DNA of 44,198 bases from a virus (Duplodnaviria > Caudoviricetes), in the IMG/VR virus record IMGVR_UViG_3300024331_000257, positions 1 to 44,198 of that record; one strand, 5' to 3'. Shown in pieces: positions 26,699 through 36,140 of the stretch. Position 1 is the stretch's first letter. Each line of letters begins with the position of its first letter. The notes beneath the pieces were generated by a model that made no database searches, was not told the origin of the DNA, and worked only from the letters and a program-made list of their open reading frames with translations. Made by a program: the position numbers and the translations under genes.

Positions 26699-27291
26699 GC
26701 GGCGCCGCCTTCCTGCACGGCATCAGTGTCGGCGATATACTTGGCGACCGCTCCCTCCTCGGAACAGTCCAGGGGCTCGGGACGCAGCGCATCCAGAATC
26801 AGGGGCTCCGGCCGGGCAAAGCGCACGTTGAAGCTGCACTGGTGGAAGTGGTTCTCCGGACTCACTGGAAATTCGCGCAGCGTAGAGGCCCGGTAGCCTT
26901 CCCCGTTTGGGAAACCGACGCACACCTGGGGCCGCCGCGCGTGGATCGTGCACACGCCGCGGCCGTCCGCATCGCGGGCGAAGCGCGGGCAGGAATAGAG
27001 CGTATGGCCCTGAGCCTCGAATCGTTGGAGCTCATCGGGCAGCGGCTCGAGTTCGGCGAGCCAGGAGAGCGCGGAGGTTTCGTGGTCGCGGCGGCCGCTG
27101 TCCTCCTTTTGCGCGCGCCGTAGCTCCGCGTTCTTGGTCCAGGAATTCAGGCCGCCGGAGGTGATGAACTCCAGCGGCGAGAACGGCAGCGAGAACTGCT
27201 CGCAGCAGTTGCCGCAGCGGTTGCACTCGATACGCGCGAACTGCTCCGGAAAGATCTCGGGACGGTCCGTGAGCGTGGCCGGCGGCGTCAC
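26695..27291 (-). CDS. YkgJ-family cysteine-cluster protein
   Basis: CNRCGNCC...CP.F......CTIHARRPQVC..FP...C motif. Confidence 0.85.
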   Translation of the reverse strand: MTPPATLTDRPEIFPEQFARIECNRCGNCCEQFSLPFSPLEFITSGGLNSWTKNAELRRAQKEDSGRRDHETSALSWLAELEPLPDELQRFEAQGHTLYSCPRFARDADGRGVCTIHARRPQVCVGFPNGEGYRASTLREFPVSPENHFHQCSFNVRFARPEPLILDALRPEPLDCSEEGAVAKYIADTDAVQEGGAA

Positions 27292-28283
27292 GGCTGCGCC
27301 TCGCTTAGCTGATCCTCGTTGCGGGCTGCGAAGTATGCCCGGATGCCGTCGCGAAGTTCCCAGGCGTGGTGCTCAAGCTGCCAAAGACCCTGGCTGTCAC
27401 GTTTCAGGTCCCGCTCAGGATCGAAGTGGGCGGCGGTGAGAATCTGGCCACGGTCCTTGTAGGCGCGCCGGCCGCGGCCGCCGTGCCAGTGGTGCAGGAG
27501 GAGCCCGTCGACGCAGCCGATGTTCCGGCGGATATGGTGCTCGGCGCGTTCCTGCCATCGTTGCAGCCATCGCACGCCGCTCGGTCCGAGACTGCGCGGC
27601 ATCGTGCGGTCGTTGAGCCGGCCAATCAGAGCCCACGCCATAAAGGTGTCGCCGCCGCCGAGGATCGACCAATCGATCAGACCGCCGAGGGTCTCGATCG
27701 CCTCGCGGCGCGCTGCCCAGGCGAACCCGGGATGCCAGTAACCGAGACCGGAGAGCTTGCCGGCCAACACGTAGCTGCCGAAACGGGCCGCGCCGCGGAG
27801 CGGTGGCACGTCTGCTTCGTGTTGGTAACACCAGCCGAAGCTCCGATAACGCTGGAGCGGGCGGTAGTCGTGGTCGAGATCCTGCGCCTCGCTGAACATC
27901 TGCACGACCGAGTAGTGCTGCAGCTTGTGCAGGGTCTCGCCGACCCAATCCGGCCGCGTGAAGTGCGTGTCGGCATCGACCCAGGCGACATATCGCCAGT
28001 CCGCCGGCAGACGGGCGATCGCCGCGTTGATCGCGTTCTCCTTCAGCCAGATTTCCTGGTGGTCGTGCACCCGCAGCTGGATGTGCTGGGGATCGCGGAA
28101 GGAGGTCACGGCGAACGCGCGTTCCCCAAAGGCGAGCTCGACCGTCCACAGGACGGCGCCGGCGTCGACCACGCGCTTGGCGAACTTCTCGTACAGGGCC
28201 CACCGCGAGCGGTACCGCGGTGAGTTGAACACCGGCGTCACCACGTGGAGCGGCGCCGCAATGCGATCGGGGCGTTGAAACAT
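27288..28283 (-). CDS. GT-A fold glycosyltransferase-like protein
   Basis: W.KEN.IN, YVAWVDAD (DxD), GFAWA, LGGGD and HHWHG motifs. Confidence 0.75.
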   Translation of the reverse strand: MFQRPDRIAAPLHVVTPVFNSPRYRSRWALYEKFAKRVVDAGAVLWTVELAFGERAFAVTSFRDPQHIQLRVHDHQEIWLKENAINAAIARLPADWRYVAWVDADTHFTRPDWVGETLHKLQHYSVVQMFSEAQDLDHDYRPLQRYRSFGWCYQHEADVPPLRGAARFGSYVLAGKLSGLGYWHPGFAWAARREAIETLGGLIDWSILGGGDTFMAWALIGRLNDRTMPRSLGPSGVRWLQRWQERAEHHIRRNIGCVDGLLLHHWHGGRGRRAYKDRGQILTAAHFDPERDLKRDSQGLWQLEHHAWELRDGIRAYFAARNEDQLSEAQP

Positions 28284-28985
28284 CTACGCGGCGAGCTTCA
28301 GGAGGCGGCGCGACGTACGGCTCGCCGGATGGTCCTTGGGTTGGCGGTTGAGCCGCTGTCCGGGCCCGAACTGTTCCTGAGCGCTGGCACCCTTCAGGTT
28401 CAGCACGATCGCATAGCCGCCGGGCGTGAAGCCAAACGGCTTCGACAGCCGCCCCATGTGGTCCAGCTTGCCAGGGCCGGCGGACTTGAAAGCGGCCGGG
28501 TAGAGGAAGTTCGACACGCTCACCGGCTGGCCATCGACCGTCTTATCGTACGCGTCGGCCTCGACCTGGTCGCAGAGCTCGAGCGCCCATAGACTGCCAC
28601 GGCCATCGTCGACCCAGCGATTGACCTGCGGATCGCCAAACGTCTCGCAGGCCTCGTGCGAAAGCACGGCGGCAACAGACAGGGCGCCGCGGAGGAGGCT
28701 GCCTCCCGAGCCGAGCACGGGAACCACGAACACCCGGCCATAGGGACGACCGCCCGGACTGACGCTATGCCAGCCGAGCGCGTTGGCCTGATCGGCGTTG
28801 TTGAAGATGCCGATGAGCCACGCGTCTTTCGGCGCGACGGCCTCGCTCGTGAACGGCACCACGGACTGTGGATCCCGCGTCCAGGCCGGCGCGACGTCTT
28901 CCTTGATCTGCAGGTTGCTCGCCTGGGTCATGGCGACGAAGTCTCGATCGGGGACGTGATTGGAGTGATTGACAACTGCGATCAT
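28284..28985 (-). CDS. Putative metallopeptidase (HExxE type)
   Basis: ALGWH...SHEACETFGDP...ELCDQVE...VSNF; AGGAG RBS before ATG 28985. Confidence 0.6.
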   Translation of the reverse strand: MIAVVNHSNHVPDRDFVAMTQASNLQIKEDVAPAWTRDPQSVVPFTSEAVAPKDAWLIGIFNNADQANALGWHSVSPGGRPYGRVFVVPVLGSGGSLLRGALSVAAVLSHEACETFGDPQVNRWVDDGRGSLWALELCDQVEADAYDKTVDGQPVSVSNFLYPAAFKSAGPGKLDHMGRLSKPFGFTPGGYAIVLNLKGASAQEQFGPGQRLNRQPKDHPASRTSRRLLKLAA

Positions 28986-29002
28986 CGTGCGCTGCTCCTT
29001 CC

Positions 29003-29245
29003 TCATTTGTCGTAGACGCTGGTGCCGCCGTCGTAGGCCTGGATCGCCTTGCCGAGGCGCATGCGCGCATCCTCGAGGTGTCGATAGGCGAGCATGATGT
29101 TCGCTTTCACCTCGCCGGCGTCTGCCACGGCCGACAGGTGGGGCGTGCTCAGCTCGACATGCTGCATGAGACTGCGCACCTCTTTGCCGTCTTCGAGAAT
29201 GCGTCGGCGCAGCCGATCGCACGCGTTCTTGATGCTCTCTCCCAT
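29003..29245 (-). CDS. 80-aa helical-hairpin protein, possible Acb2/Tad1-like
   Basis: ANIMLAYRHLEDARMRLGKAI resembles the LA.TKLEEA.MW..KA pattern. Confidence 0.45.
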   Translation of the reverse strand: MGESIKNACDRLRRRILEDGKEVRSLMQHVELSTPHLSAVADAGEVKANIMLAYRHLEDARMRLGKAIQAYDGGTSVYDK

Positions 29246-29267
29246 CAGCGTGTCGCTTTCCTGTTCG

Positions 29268-29645
29268 TCAGGCCGCGGCTTTCCGGGGCGCGTTGGAGCG
29301 GATCGGAGCGACGCGGCGAGTGACCAGCCGCGGCCGTTGGAGCGCGAGACGGGGCAGTCGGGCCCGGACGGCTCCTGGATCCAGCCCCAGGGCGTGACAC
29401 ACGCCCACGAAGCCGTAGATGCGGGCGTCATCCGAGGCGAACCAAGCGATCGCCGCCTTTTGCTCGCGTCTGCGGCCCTCGCGCCCGAACTTCGGGTCTT
29501 TGGCGGCGCCGCGGTAACAGTTGAGCGCCTCGGACAGCACCGCACGCATCAGGCGCCTCTCGCCGGTTTCTGGCGCGCCGGCGATGTGCAGCTGGGCGGG
29601 CAGCACGGCGTCGAGGTCCAAGTCGTCGTCGCTAACGTGCATCAT
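29268..29645 (-). CDS. Conserved hypothetical protein
   Basis: GERRLMRAVL.EA...A.AWF.SDD...GF..VC.ALGLDP..VR motif. Confidence 0.65.
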   Translation of the reverse strand: MMHVSDDDLDLDAVLPAQLHIAGAPETGERRLMRAVLSEALNCYRGAAKDPKFGREGRRREQKAAIAWFASDDARIYGFVGVCHALGLDPGAVRARLPRLALQRPRLVTRRVAPIRSNAPRKAAA

Positions 29646-29670
29646 TGTAGGCCCATTAGGAATTGATGGG

Positions 29671-29841
29671 TCATGCGGCGATGTCCTCCGGGATCGGCAC
29701 ATAGGCGGCCAGGGCGTCGCGCCTGGCGGCCTCGACGACGGCATGGCGACACGCCGTGCAGACGAAGACCGCGCGACACGTGCCGAACGCCGGCAGCATC
29801 CACGTGGCCGGCTCGGCCGGATGGTTCTTGCACCGAATCAC
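29671..29841 (-). CDS. 56-aa zinc-finger-like micro-ORF
   Basis: Manually read VIRCKNHP...CRAVFVCTACRH...; GTGA overlap with the upstream stop. Confidence 0.45.
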   Translation of the reverse strand: MIRCKNHPAEPATWMLPAFGTCRAVFVCTACRHAVVEAARRDALAAYVPIPEDIAA

Positions 29842-30437
29842 GCGACATTGGCCCCCTGCAGCCGCGTGCGCCGGCCGATGACCGCGGGACGCCGGATCAG
29901 AATGCGCCCGACCTGGTCAACTGCCACCGCCTTGCTGAGGTCCGGCTGCAGCTTTGCCCGCAAGGCATCAGCGCGTTTGGCGATGTCTTCGTGGCCTTGC
30001 ATCCGCGCACGCCGCGCCGCGGCGAGGAGCAGCTTGGCCGAGTAGGCCCATGCCCCGTTACGCTTCACTTTGACGGGGTAGGTCCGACTGGCGGGCTCGA
30101 GGAAGACGTGCTCCGGGAGCTGATCGCGGTGCGAGGAGCCGGAGCGGCCGACCTGCTCCCGTGTGCGCTCTGACAGTTTGCCGCTGCCGACGTCCTTGTC
30201 GACGACCTTCTCCGCCTTCAGGAGCTCGCGGAGCAGGGCGGCGAATTGCGCTTTGGCCATCGGCGCCGGCGCGGGCTTGCCGCCCGTTTTGAACTTCATG
30301 CGACGGAAGATCTCCATCGTGAGCGCGTAGAATCGGTCGCTGCCCTCGGCGACGTCGGGATACGCCTTGCGAACCTGCGCCTTCGCCGCGGCCCAGTGTG
30401 CTTCGTCCTCCGGGGTCTTCACCACATTTGCCGGCAC
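29838..30437 (-). CDS. Multi-module protein with KA motifs (DUF6582-like segment)
   Basis: GGAGG RBS and GTG start. RDQLPEHVF....RTYPV segment; MAKA, LLKA and LSKA separate the modules. Confidence 0.6.
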   Translation of the reverse strand: MPANVVKTPEDEAHWAAAKAQVRKAYPDVAEGSDRFYALTMEIFRRMKFKTGGKPAPAPMAKAQFAALLRELLKAEKVVDKDVGSGKLSERTREQVGRSGSSHRDQLPEHVFLEPASRTYPVKVKRNGAWAYSAKLLLAAARRARMQGHEDIAKRADALRAKLQPDLSKAVAVDQVGRILIRRPAVIGRRTRLQGANVA

Positions 30438-30457
30438 GGGATTGTTCCTCCTTGGTT

Positions 30458-31195
30458 TTACTGAATGCCGATTCGCATGCCGGACATCGCCGGCGGCGCG
30501 GGAGCCTGCCAGGCCGCGCCGGGCCGCGGTGGCGCGGTGTCCGGTGGAGTCGGCCAGTCGCATACCGGCTTCGCTCGTGCGACCGCGTCGCCCACCAGGC
30601 GCCGCATGGTCGTGAGCGTGCAGATGCCGACGTAGTCCGCGAGCAGCCGATCGGCTGCCCAGAACGTTGCCGGCGGATGGTCGCCAATGGCCTGCTCCGC
30701 GACGAGCTCGGCCCGCTGCACGAAGTCCTGGAGCACGCCGAGGTCGGTGGTGGCGAGATAGGCGGCGTCGTAGTCGGCGAACAGGGTATTCGCGAAGGCG
30801 AAGGCCGCTCCGATGCCGCCGGTGATCGGTGCGCTCACCGCGGCAAGTCCCAGCGCGGCCGACGAGACGCCCGCAGCGGAGTTCACGCCGCTCCGGAGAA
30901 AGGTCCGGTGCGCCTGCGCTTCTTCGGCCGATCTGAAAAACGCTACGCAGTTGAGCTTTGCCACCGTGAGTCCTGCGGCCAGGTACGTGTTCGCGCCAGT
31001 GGCATCGTTGGGCGCGGCCGACGAGGCCTGCAGGAGGGCCAGATAACGCGCGCGGGGATCAATCGGCCCATCGGCGCCCGCCAGCGAGGAGACGTGCGCC
31101 GGGGTGATGGTGTCGGCGGGATTCACCCGCGGGCCCAGGGCGCACCCGTCGAGTGCGAGGGTGATCGCGGCCGCGGCGAGGACAAGTCTGGTCAT
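30458..31195 (-). CDS. Lipoprotein
   Basis: MTRLVLAAAAITLALDG-C lipobox-like signal. Confidence 0.65.
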   Translation of the reverse strand: MTRLVLAAAAITLALDGCALGPRVNPADTITPAHVSSLAGADGPIDPRARYLALLQASSAAPNDATGANTYLAAGLTVAKLNCVAFFRSAEEAQAHRTFLRSGVNSAAGVSSAALGLAAVSAPITGGIGAAFAFANTLFADYDAAYLATTDLGVLQDFVQRAELVAEQAIGDHPPATFWAADRLLADYVGICTLTTMRRLVGDAVARAKPVCDWPTPPDTAPPRPGAAWQAPAPPAMSGMRIGIQ

Positions 31196-31701
31196 GCGCC
31201 GGGCACCTCGGCGGTCGGTGGTTCACCGTTTGTCGGCGGGTCACCCGCAGGCAGCGCTTCGGCCGCGGTTTCCGGGGTCGGCTGCTTCGCCGCCGCTTTC
31301 TGCGCTTCGTCTTCCTCGATTGCCCGTTGCGCCTTGGCGAGCTTCTCGGCGATGTAGCGATCGAGGCGCTGCGCGTACTGCTCAGCGTCGAAGGGCACCA
31401 TGCGATTGAGCACCACCGAATGCGTGTGGCCGAGCTCGAGGAGGAGGAGCTTGTGGAACTGCACCTCGGTCAGCAGCACGTTGATGTAGTGGGTCGTCCG
31501 CTCGACGTGCTGATTATGCTTGCGCACCTGCTCGTTGTAGGCCTCACGCAGCCCGTCGTGCTCCTTGGTGAGCTCCTGCACGAGGCCGATCAGCTCGCGG
31601 TACTTGAGCTTCACACGTTCGCGCTCCGACACGCGCGTCACTTGCGGCACGTTGCGCTGCCCGTGGTTGCCACGGGCCGGATTTTTGCGGGCTTCAGGCA
31701 T
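31192..31701 (-). CDS. Coiled-coil hypothetical protein
   Basis: GAGGAG RBS before MPEARK. Confidence 0.6.
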   Translation of the reverse strand: MPEARKNPARGNHGQRNVPQVTRVSERERVKLKYRELIGLVQELTKEHDGLREAYNEQVRKHNQHVERTTHYINVLLTEVQFHKLLLLELGHTHSVVLNRMVPFDAEQYAQRLDRYIAEKLAKAQRAIEEDEAQKAAAKQPTPETAAEALPAGDPPTNGEPPTAEVPGA

Positions 31702-31864
31702 CGTGCTCCTCGGACGCGGGCGCCGGCGCCGGCGTGATGTGGCCACAGTCCTGGCAGAGCCATCCCGGAGCGCCCTTGGCGAGCGGTGTGGTGCGGGTGC
31801 TCCGACAGCTGCGGCACGTGACGGCGGTCGTGCGTCCGGCAGCGGGGCTGGGCGTTTGAATCAT
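31694..31864 (-). CDS. Small zinc-ribbon protein
   Basis: CRSC...WLCQDCGH motif; ATGA coupling. Confidence 0.5.
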   Translation of the reverse strand: MIQTPSPAAGRTTAVTCRSCRSTRTTPLAKGAPGWLCQDCGHITPAPAPASEEHDA

Positions 31865-32121
31865 GCGCCGTTCTCCGCGGCGGCCTTCAACCGGTGCTCC
31901 AGCCCTTCGACCGTCAGATTGGCGAGCGTTGCCGGCGTGAGGTTGGTGTAGAGCAGGCCCGTCGTCGAGAATGTCTCCTCTGCGGTCCACGTGCGGCCTT
32001 CCTCGTCGAACCGCGTCACGCTTATCTTCACGCTCGACGCATCGGCAGAGATGGTCAATTCACTGATGTCGTGGCCCTGAACGGCGGCGCAGACCGCCGC
32101 GGCAAACTCAAATCGATTCAT
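31861..32121 (-). CDS. Small hypothetical protein
   Basis: MNRFEFAAAV...; ATGA coupling at both ends. Confidence 0.55.
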   Translation of the reverse strand: MNRFEFAAAVCAAVQGHDISELTISADASSVKISVTRFDEEGRTWTAEETFSTTGLLYTNLTPATLANLTVEGLEHRLKAAAENGA

Positions 32122-33242
32122 GCCGCCTGGTCCCCCGCGATGTTGAGCCGCGCCATGAGCGCGGCGTACTGCGGCGCCCGGGCGGCAAAGAGGGAGGCCA
32201 TGGCGGTGTGGTAGGGCGCCCAGGGGGAGTCCCGGCAGTTTGGATGGTTCGGTCCGATTCGCACGTGCCAGGTCGACCAGTGTCCGGTGTTGACGCCCAG
32301 GGCGTCGCCGGCTTCGACTTCCGCACGGGTGTACAGCCGTGGCGTGCCGTCGGCGTTCTTTTGGAGGAAGAGGCATCCCCGGCATGGGTCGGCCGCCGTC
32401 TGTCGGAAGAGGCGCACCTCCGTCGGCCATTTGCCCGACTCGGTTTGCCAGGATCCGCGCGCCCGCACCTCGGCGATCTCGGTGCGGATGACGCGGTCGG
32501 CGTCGCGGAGGACGTCGGCGGCGCGCTGGCTGTTGCCGAGGGCGCGCGCGGCTTCTTGGGTGCCCTGGCGCTGCTCGAGCGCGGCCGCGATGTGAGCCCG
32601 CAGCGGCGCAATCTCACGCGCGGCCGTCCACACGTGGCCGACATCATCGAAGATCGGCTTCAGGAAGATGCCGGCGTGTGCGCGGGCGAGTCCAACCGCG
32701 GCCGTCTCGGCATCCGTCAGCGGAAAGGCGCTGGCCATCTGCCGGAGCTCCGACCAGGGGAGCGGCGCCGTCGTGGTGAGCGCCGCGTACATCAGGCCCA
32801 TACGGTAGGCGAGCGCGGGGAAGTCGAGTGCCTCGGGCACGGTAAAGCCAAAGAAGCGCAGGCGATTGATGAGTGGCGCTGGCACGTGGAGCCCGACCAG
32901 GCGGGCGGTCGACGCCGTCGTGAAGTCGAAGAGACGCTGGTGCAGCTCCCACATGGACAGTTGGGAGGGCACCTCGACGCGGTAGTTGCGGAGCAAGCTG
33001 TCCAGCACTTCCCACACGGCGTATTGCGCGCTGACGAAGTGCTCACGGGTGACGCGCGCGAGCTCGCGCAGGAACCACTCTTCGAAGTCGCCGCCGACGA
33101 CGGCACCGGCCGCTTTCGCGAGGTCCTCGGCGTCGGACTCCTCCTGCACCGTGTACGCGCCGTCGCAGGGAAAGCACTCATCGAAGAGCGCGAGCGCTTC
33201 GGCGGGCGTCGGATTGCCAGCGATGGTCACGCGCGTTCCCAT
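32118..33242 (-). CDS. MuF/SPP1 gp7-like head morphogenesis protein
   Basis: RVIRTE...C..C...GPNHPNCR motif; close to the portal gene. Confidence 0.8.
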   Translation of the reverse strand: MGTRVTIAGNPTPAEALALFDECFPCDGAYTVQEESDAEDLAKAAGAVVGGDFEEWFLRELARVTREHFVSAQYAVWEVLDSLLRNYRVEVPSQLSMWELHQRLFDFTTASTARLVGLHVPAPLINRLRFFGFTVPEALDFPALAYRMGLMYAALTTTAPLPWSELRQMASAFPLTDAETAAVGLARAHAGIFLKPIFDDVGHVWTAAREIAPLRAHIAAALEQRQGTQEAARALGNSQRAADVLRDADRVIRTEIAEVRARGSWQTESGKWPTEVRLFRQTAADPCRGCLFLQKNADGTPRLYTRAEVEAGDALGVNTGHWSTWHVRIGPNHPNCRDSPWAPYHTAMASLFAARAPQYAALMARLNIAGDQAA

Positions 33243-33610
33243 CAGTTGGCGCAGAGCCAGGCGGTGCCGAACGCGCTGTCGTTCATCTGCCCCAGGCGCG
33301 CAAAGCTCAGTTCGCCCTGGAGGCACGGGATGCAGAGATAGGTGAGCGTGGGATCGGGGACGAAGTCCGGTGAGATCTGGAGCTCGATGGAGCACTCCGG
33401 ACAGAACATCCGCCCGCGGGCCTTCGCCTCCCCCACGAGCACGCGGAAGACCCAGGGCCGCAGCCCATAGAGGATGGTGCGGTCCTCTGCGGTCAACGCG
33501 TCGGCTGGATTCACCCAGATGTGCGGCGGCTCGACGTGCAGCGCAATGCCACGCCGGCGCACGTCGGTGATCCAGGCGTACACCGTCTCTGGGTTGACCG
33601 GCGGTGTCAT
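33242..33610 (-). CDS. Hypothetical protein (TubC N-terminal-like helix-strand region, CxxC pairs)
   Basis: RRRGIAL.V......P..ALT.EDR..L, then CPEC and CIPC. Confidence 0.5.
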   Translation of the reverse strand: MTPPVNPETVYAWITDVRRRGIALHVEPPHIWVNPADALTAEDRTILYGLRPWVFRVLVGEAKARGRMFCPECSIELQISPDFVPDPTLTYLCIPCLQGELSFARLGQMNDSAFGTAWLCAN

Positions 33611-33810
33611 GCCTCGTCCCACCTGGTGATCAGGTGCAGCGCCGGATCGCCCGGGAGACTGGCGATCGCTTCGAAGCACCCGTGCGCGCCGCAGCGGTGG
33701 CGCGTCGCTGCGAATGGCGGATCGCTAAGCGACGTGCGCGGCCTAAGCGCCAGCAGCGCCAAGTGGTGAGTTACGATCAAGGCCAGCACGATCAGCAGGA
33801 ACCCAATCAT
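33607..33810 (-). CDS. Small membrane-anchored hypothetical protein
   Basis: Hydrophobic N-terminus; ATGA-coupled to the portal stop. Confidence 0.5.
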   Translation of the reverse strand: MIGFLLIVLALIVTHHLALLALRPRTSLSDPPFAATRHRCGAHGCFEAIASLPGDPALHLITRWDEA

Positions 33811-35534
33811 GCCGCAGCCTTTTCGATCACCGCCGCGAACGGACGCCGTCCCTGTCCGCGCAGTGGCCGCGCCCCGCGTCGCAACGCGGCGTGCACCGCC
33901 TTGTGGACGTCGCGCTCGTCGCGGTCGGTGGTGCGTGCCCGTCGCCCGGGCTGCTCATCGTCGCCGGCGCTGGGGTTCGCGCCCAGGCTCATCATATACA
34001 CCTGCATCATGGCGGGGTTTCCCGCCGGCGCGTTGCCCACGAGGTCGTCGTCGCTCGGTTCCCGGCCGTCGATCGCGCGGAGCTCGTTCCAGCTCGAGGA
34101 GAGCTGGATGCGCTGGAATTTCTGCTGCTCGTTCTCCTCGTGGAGGCCGACGAACTCGAACAGGTAGCGCGGATCGACGAGCGCCACGATCTCGTTGAAG
34201 GCGCGCTCGACAAAGGCGAGGAGCGGCACGAGACCCTTGTCGCGCGACATCGCGAGCTTCTCCTGCGTGTCCTTGCCCGAGAGGCTCGAGGCACGCGTCG
34301 AGAACGAATCGAAATGCACCTCGTTCGGATCGATGCCGTAGATCGCGCAGACGATCGAGATCAGAAAGATCATCCACCGCGCGAAGAACATCTCGTCGAA
34401 GTTCTGGTCGATCGGCGTATAGACGTGGCCGGCTTCCTTGTTGTTGCTGGCCATCACCGGGATGGTCCACCGGTTGGCGGCGCCGGTCAGCATGGCGCGA
34501 AACTGCCGTTTGAAATTGTTGAGGTCGCGCGGGCCGTACTTGCCGAACAGGGTGAGGATGCCGCGGGGGATGGCGTTGCGGTCGAGGCCCGCGGCGTTGT
34601 ACGTCACCGCGTTGAGATAGGCGGTGGCGGCCCGGATGATCATCTCCGGCTCGCCGTAGCCGTAGCCGCCGGCGTAGAGGTCGGAGCGCGGGTTGCGGAC
34701 GGGATAGAGAATGTGGTCGTAGCCGTAGACCACGTACGGCACGCCGTCGATGACCTGGACGGCGCGGACCTCGTCGGCCCCCTCGTACCCATGCTCGGTG
34801 CAGAGGCGGATCGTCGAGTAGTCGATGTTGTGGTAGCCGCTGAGGCGCCCGCTGTTCGTGTAGGTGAGCTCGATCGGGCAGGCGTCGCTCGAGAGCGTGT
34901 CCCAGAGGAACTTGGCGGCGAACTCGGGGAGGGTGGCCCGGCGCAGGCGTTCGCGTTCCTTCCGCGTGCTGACATCGCCGCTGTTCAGCAGGAACTTCTC
35001 GACTCGCCGGACGCCGAGCTTGTCTCGGTCGGTGAGCTTCTCCTCGTCCGCCCGCCGGAAGCGGAACCCGAGCGGACCCTGGTCGCGCTCCGGGCGCAGG
35101 AAGGCGGCGATCTGGCGCTGGCGCGTCAGGATGATCGCCTTGACGACGTCGACGGCCGCGACGAACGACTTGCAGAAATCAAAGGTGGAAGTCGTCTTTT
35201 CGAGCCAGCGGGAGCGATCCCCGTGGCCCATGACGATCCCGTACTCGTTCACCTCGAGAATCGAGGTGTGGACGCGGTTGCCGCGACTCTCGCCCAGCTC
35301 AAAGCGTTTGGCGCTGGGGGAGGTCTCGAAGAGCAGGCGGTCGCTGACGAGCTGGGTGGACTTGGCGGTCAGGTCGGGGGCGAGGAGCTCGGCCAGACTG
35401 TCGCGCAGCTCATCGAAGTCGGTGTGGCGGATATCGCCGACGACCTCGTTGAAGATCTCGCGGTTGATGTCGTACCGCTCGTCCTCGGGGGCCCGACCGA
35501 CGTCCCGAGCGAGTGCCGCAAACGCCAACGCCAC
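33807..35534 (-). CDS. Portal protein
   Basis: 575 aa. AII.TR..Q, RNPRSD....GYG..E.E, PRGIL, ICAIYGIDP.E and SRDKGL.PLL motifs of SPO1-like portals. Confidence 0.92.
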   Translation of the reverse strand: MALAFAALARDVGRAPEDERYDINREIFNEVVGDIRHTDFDELRDSLAELLAPDLTAKSTQLVSDRLLFETSPSAKRFELGESRGNRVHTSILEVNEYGIVMGHGDRSRWLEKTTSTFDFCKSFVAAVDVVKAIILTRQRQIAAFLRPERDQGPLGFRFRRADEEKLTDRDKLGVRRVEKFLLNSGDVSTRKERERLRRATLPEFAAKFLWDTLSSDACPIELTYTNSGRLSGYHNIDYSTIRLCTEHGYEGADEVRAVQVIDGVPYVVYGYDHILYPVRNPRSDLYAGGYGYGEPEMIIRAATAYLNAVTYNAAGLDRNAIPRGILTLFGKYGPRDLNNFKRQFRAMLTGAANRWTIPVMASNNKEAGHVYTPIDQNFDEMFFARWMIFLISIVCAIYGIDPNEVHFDSFSTRASSLSGKDTQEKLAMSRDKGLVPLLAFVERAFNEIVALVDPRYLFEFVGLHEENEQQKFQRIQLSSSWNELRAIDGREPSDDDLVGNAPAGNPAMMQVYMMSLGANPSAGDDEQPGRRARTTDRDERDVHKAVHAALRRGARPLRGQGRRPFAAVIEKAAA

Positions 35535-35747
35535 TCCAAGCTGTCCCCCCGGACACTGCGCTCGAATCGGACGGTGGCGGGGTGGGGGGCGCTACCGAGC
35601 CACCGTCCGTCCGAGCATTCTGATGGCGCGGCATACGCGCGTGCGCACCGACGCGCAAGGAACGCTGACGGGTCGGTGCGGCGGAAAAGGCGCGCCCACT
35701 GTGGGTTTCCGCCCGCAAAATATTTTTCGCTGACCCTGAGTTGGAAC

Positions 35748-36140
35748 TTAGCTGGCGAGCGCGGATACCCACGGTCTGAATGCGGGGCTACCCATCTCGA
35801 CGATGAGCCGGAAGGCCCCGTCGTCCTCTCCGTAGCCGACGAACTCCATGATGGACAGGCCGGTCGGATTGAGCGCCAGCCGACGCCGAGCCTCGGCGAC
35901 TACGGCCGCCCGGGCCTCTTCACTGTCTATGGTGCCCTGAAAGGGTGCTTGGAACTGTGCAACGCGCCCCCAGATCTCAGCATCGACCCACACCGGCGCG
36001 CCGCGGTACTCGATGGCCACCTCGCCCCGCCCGCTGGCGTTGCGTAACCCGCGCTCAATCGCTCTCGCGGCCCGCATGAATTCGGTCAGCTCGGCTAGCG
36101 TAATCCCCGCGGCTCGCAGGAATGCAGTCACCTTACTCAT
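35748..36140 (-). CDS. Hypothetical protein
   Basis: Starts MSKVTAFL, overlapping the terL stop. Confidence 0.55.
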   Translation of the reverse strand: MSKVTAFLRAAGITLAELTEFMRAARAIERGLRNASGRGEVAIEYRGAPVWVDAEIWGRVAQFQAPFQGTIDSEEARAAVVAEARRRLALNPTGLSIMEFVGYGEDDGAFRLIVEMGSPAFRPWVSALAS

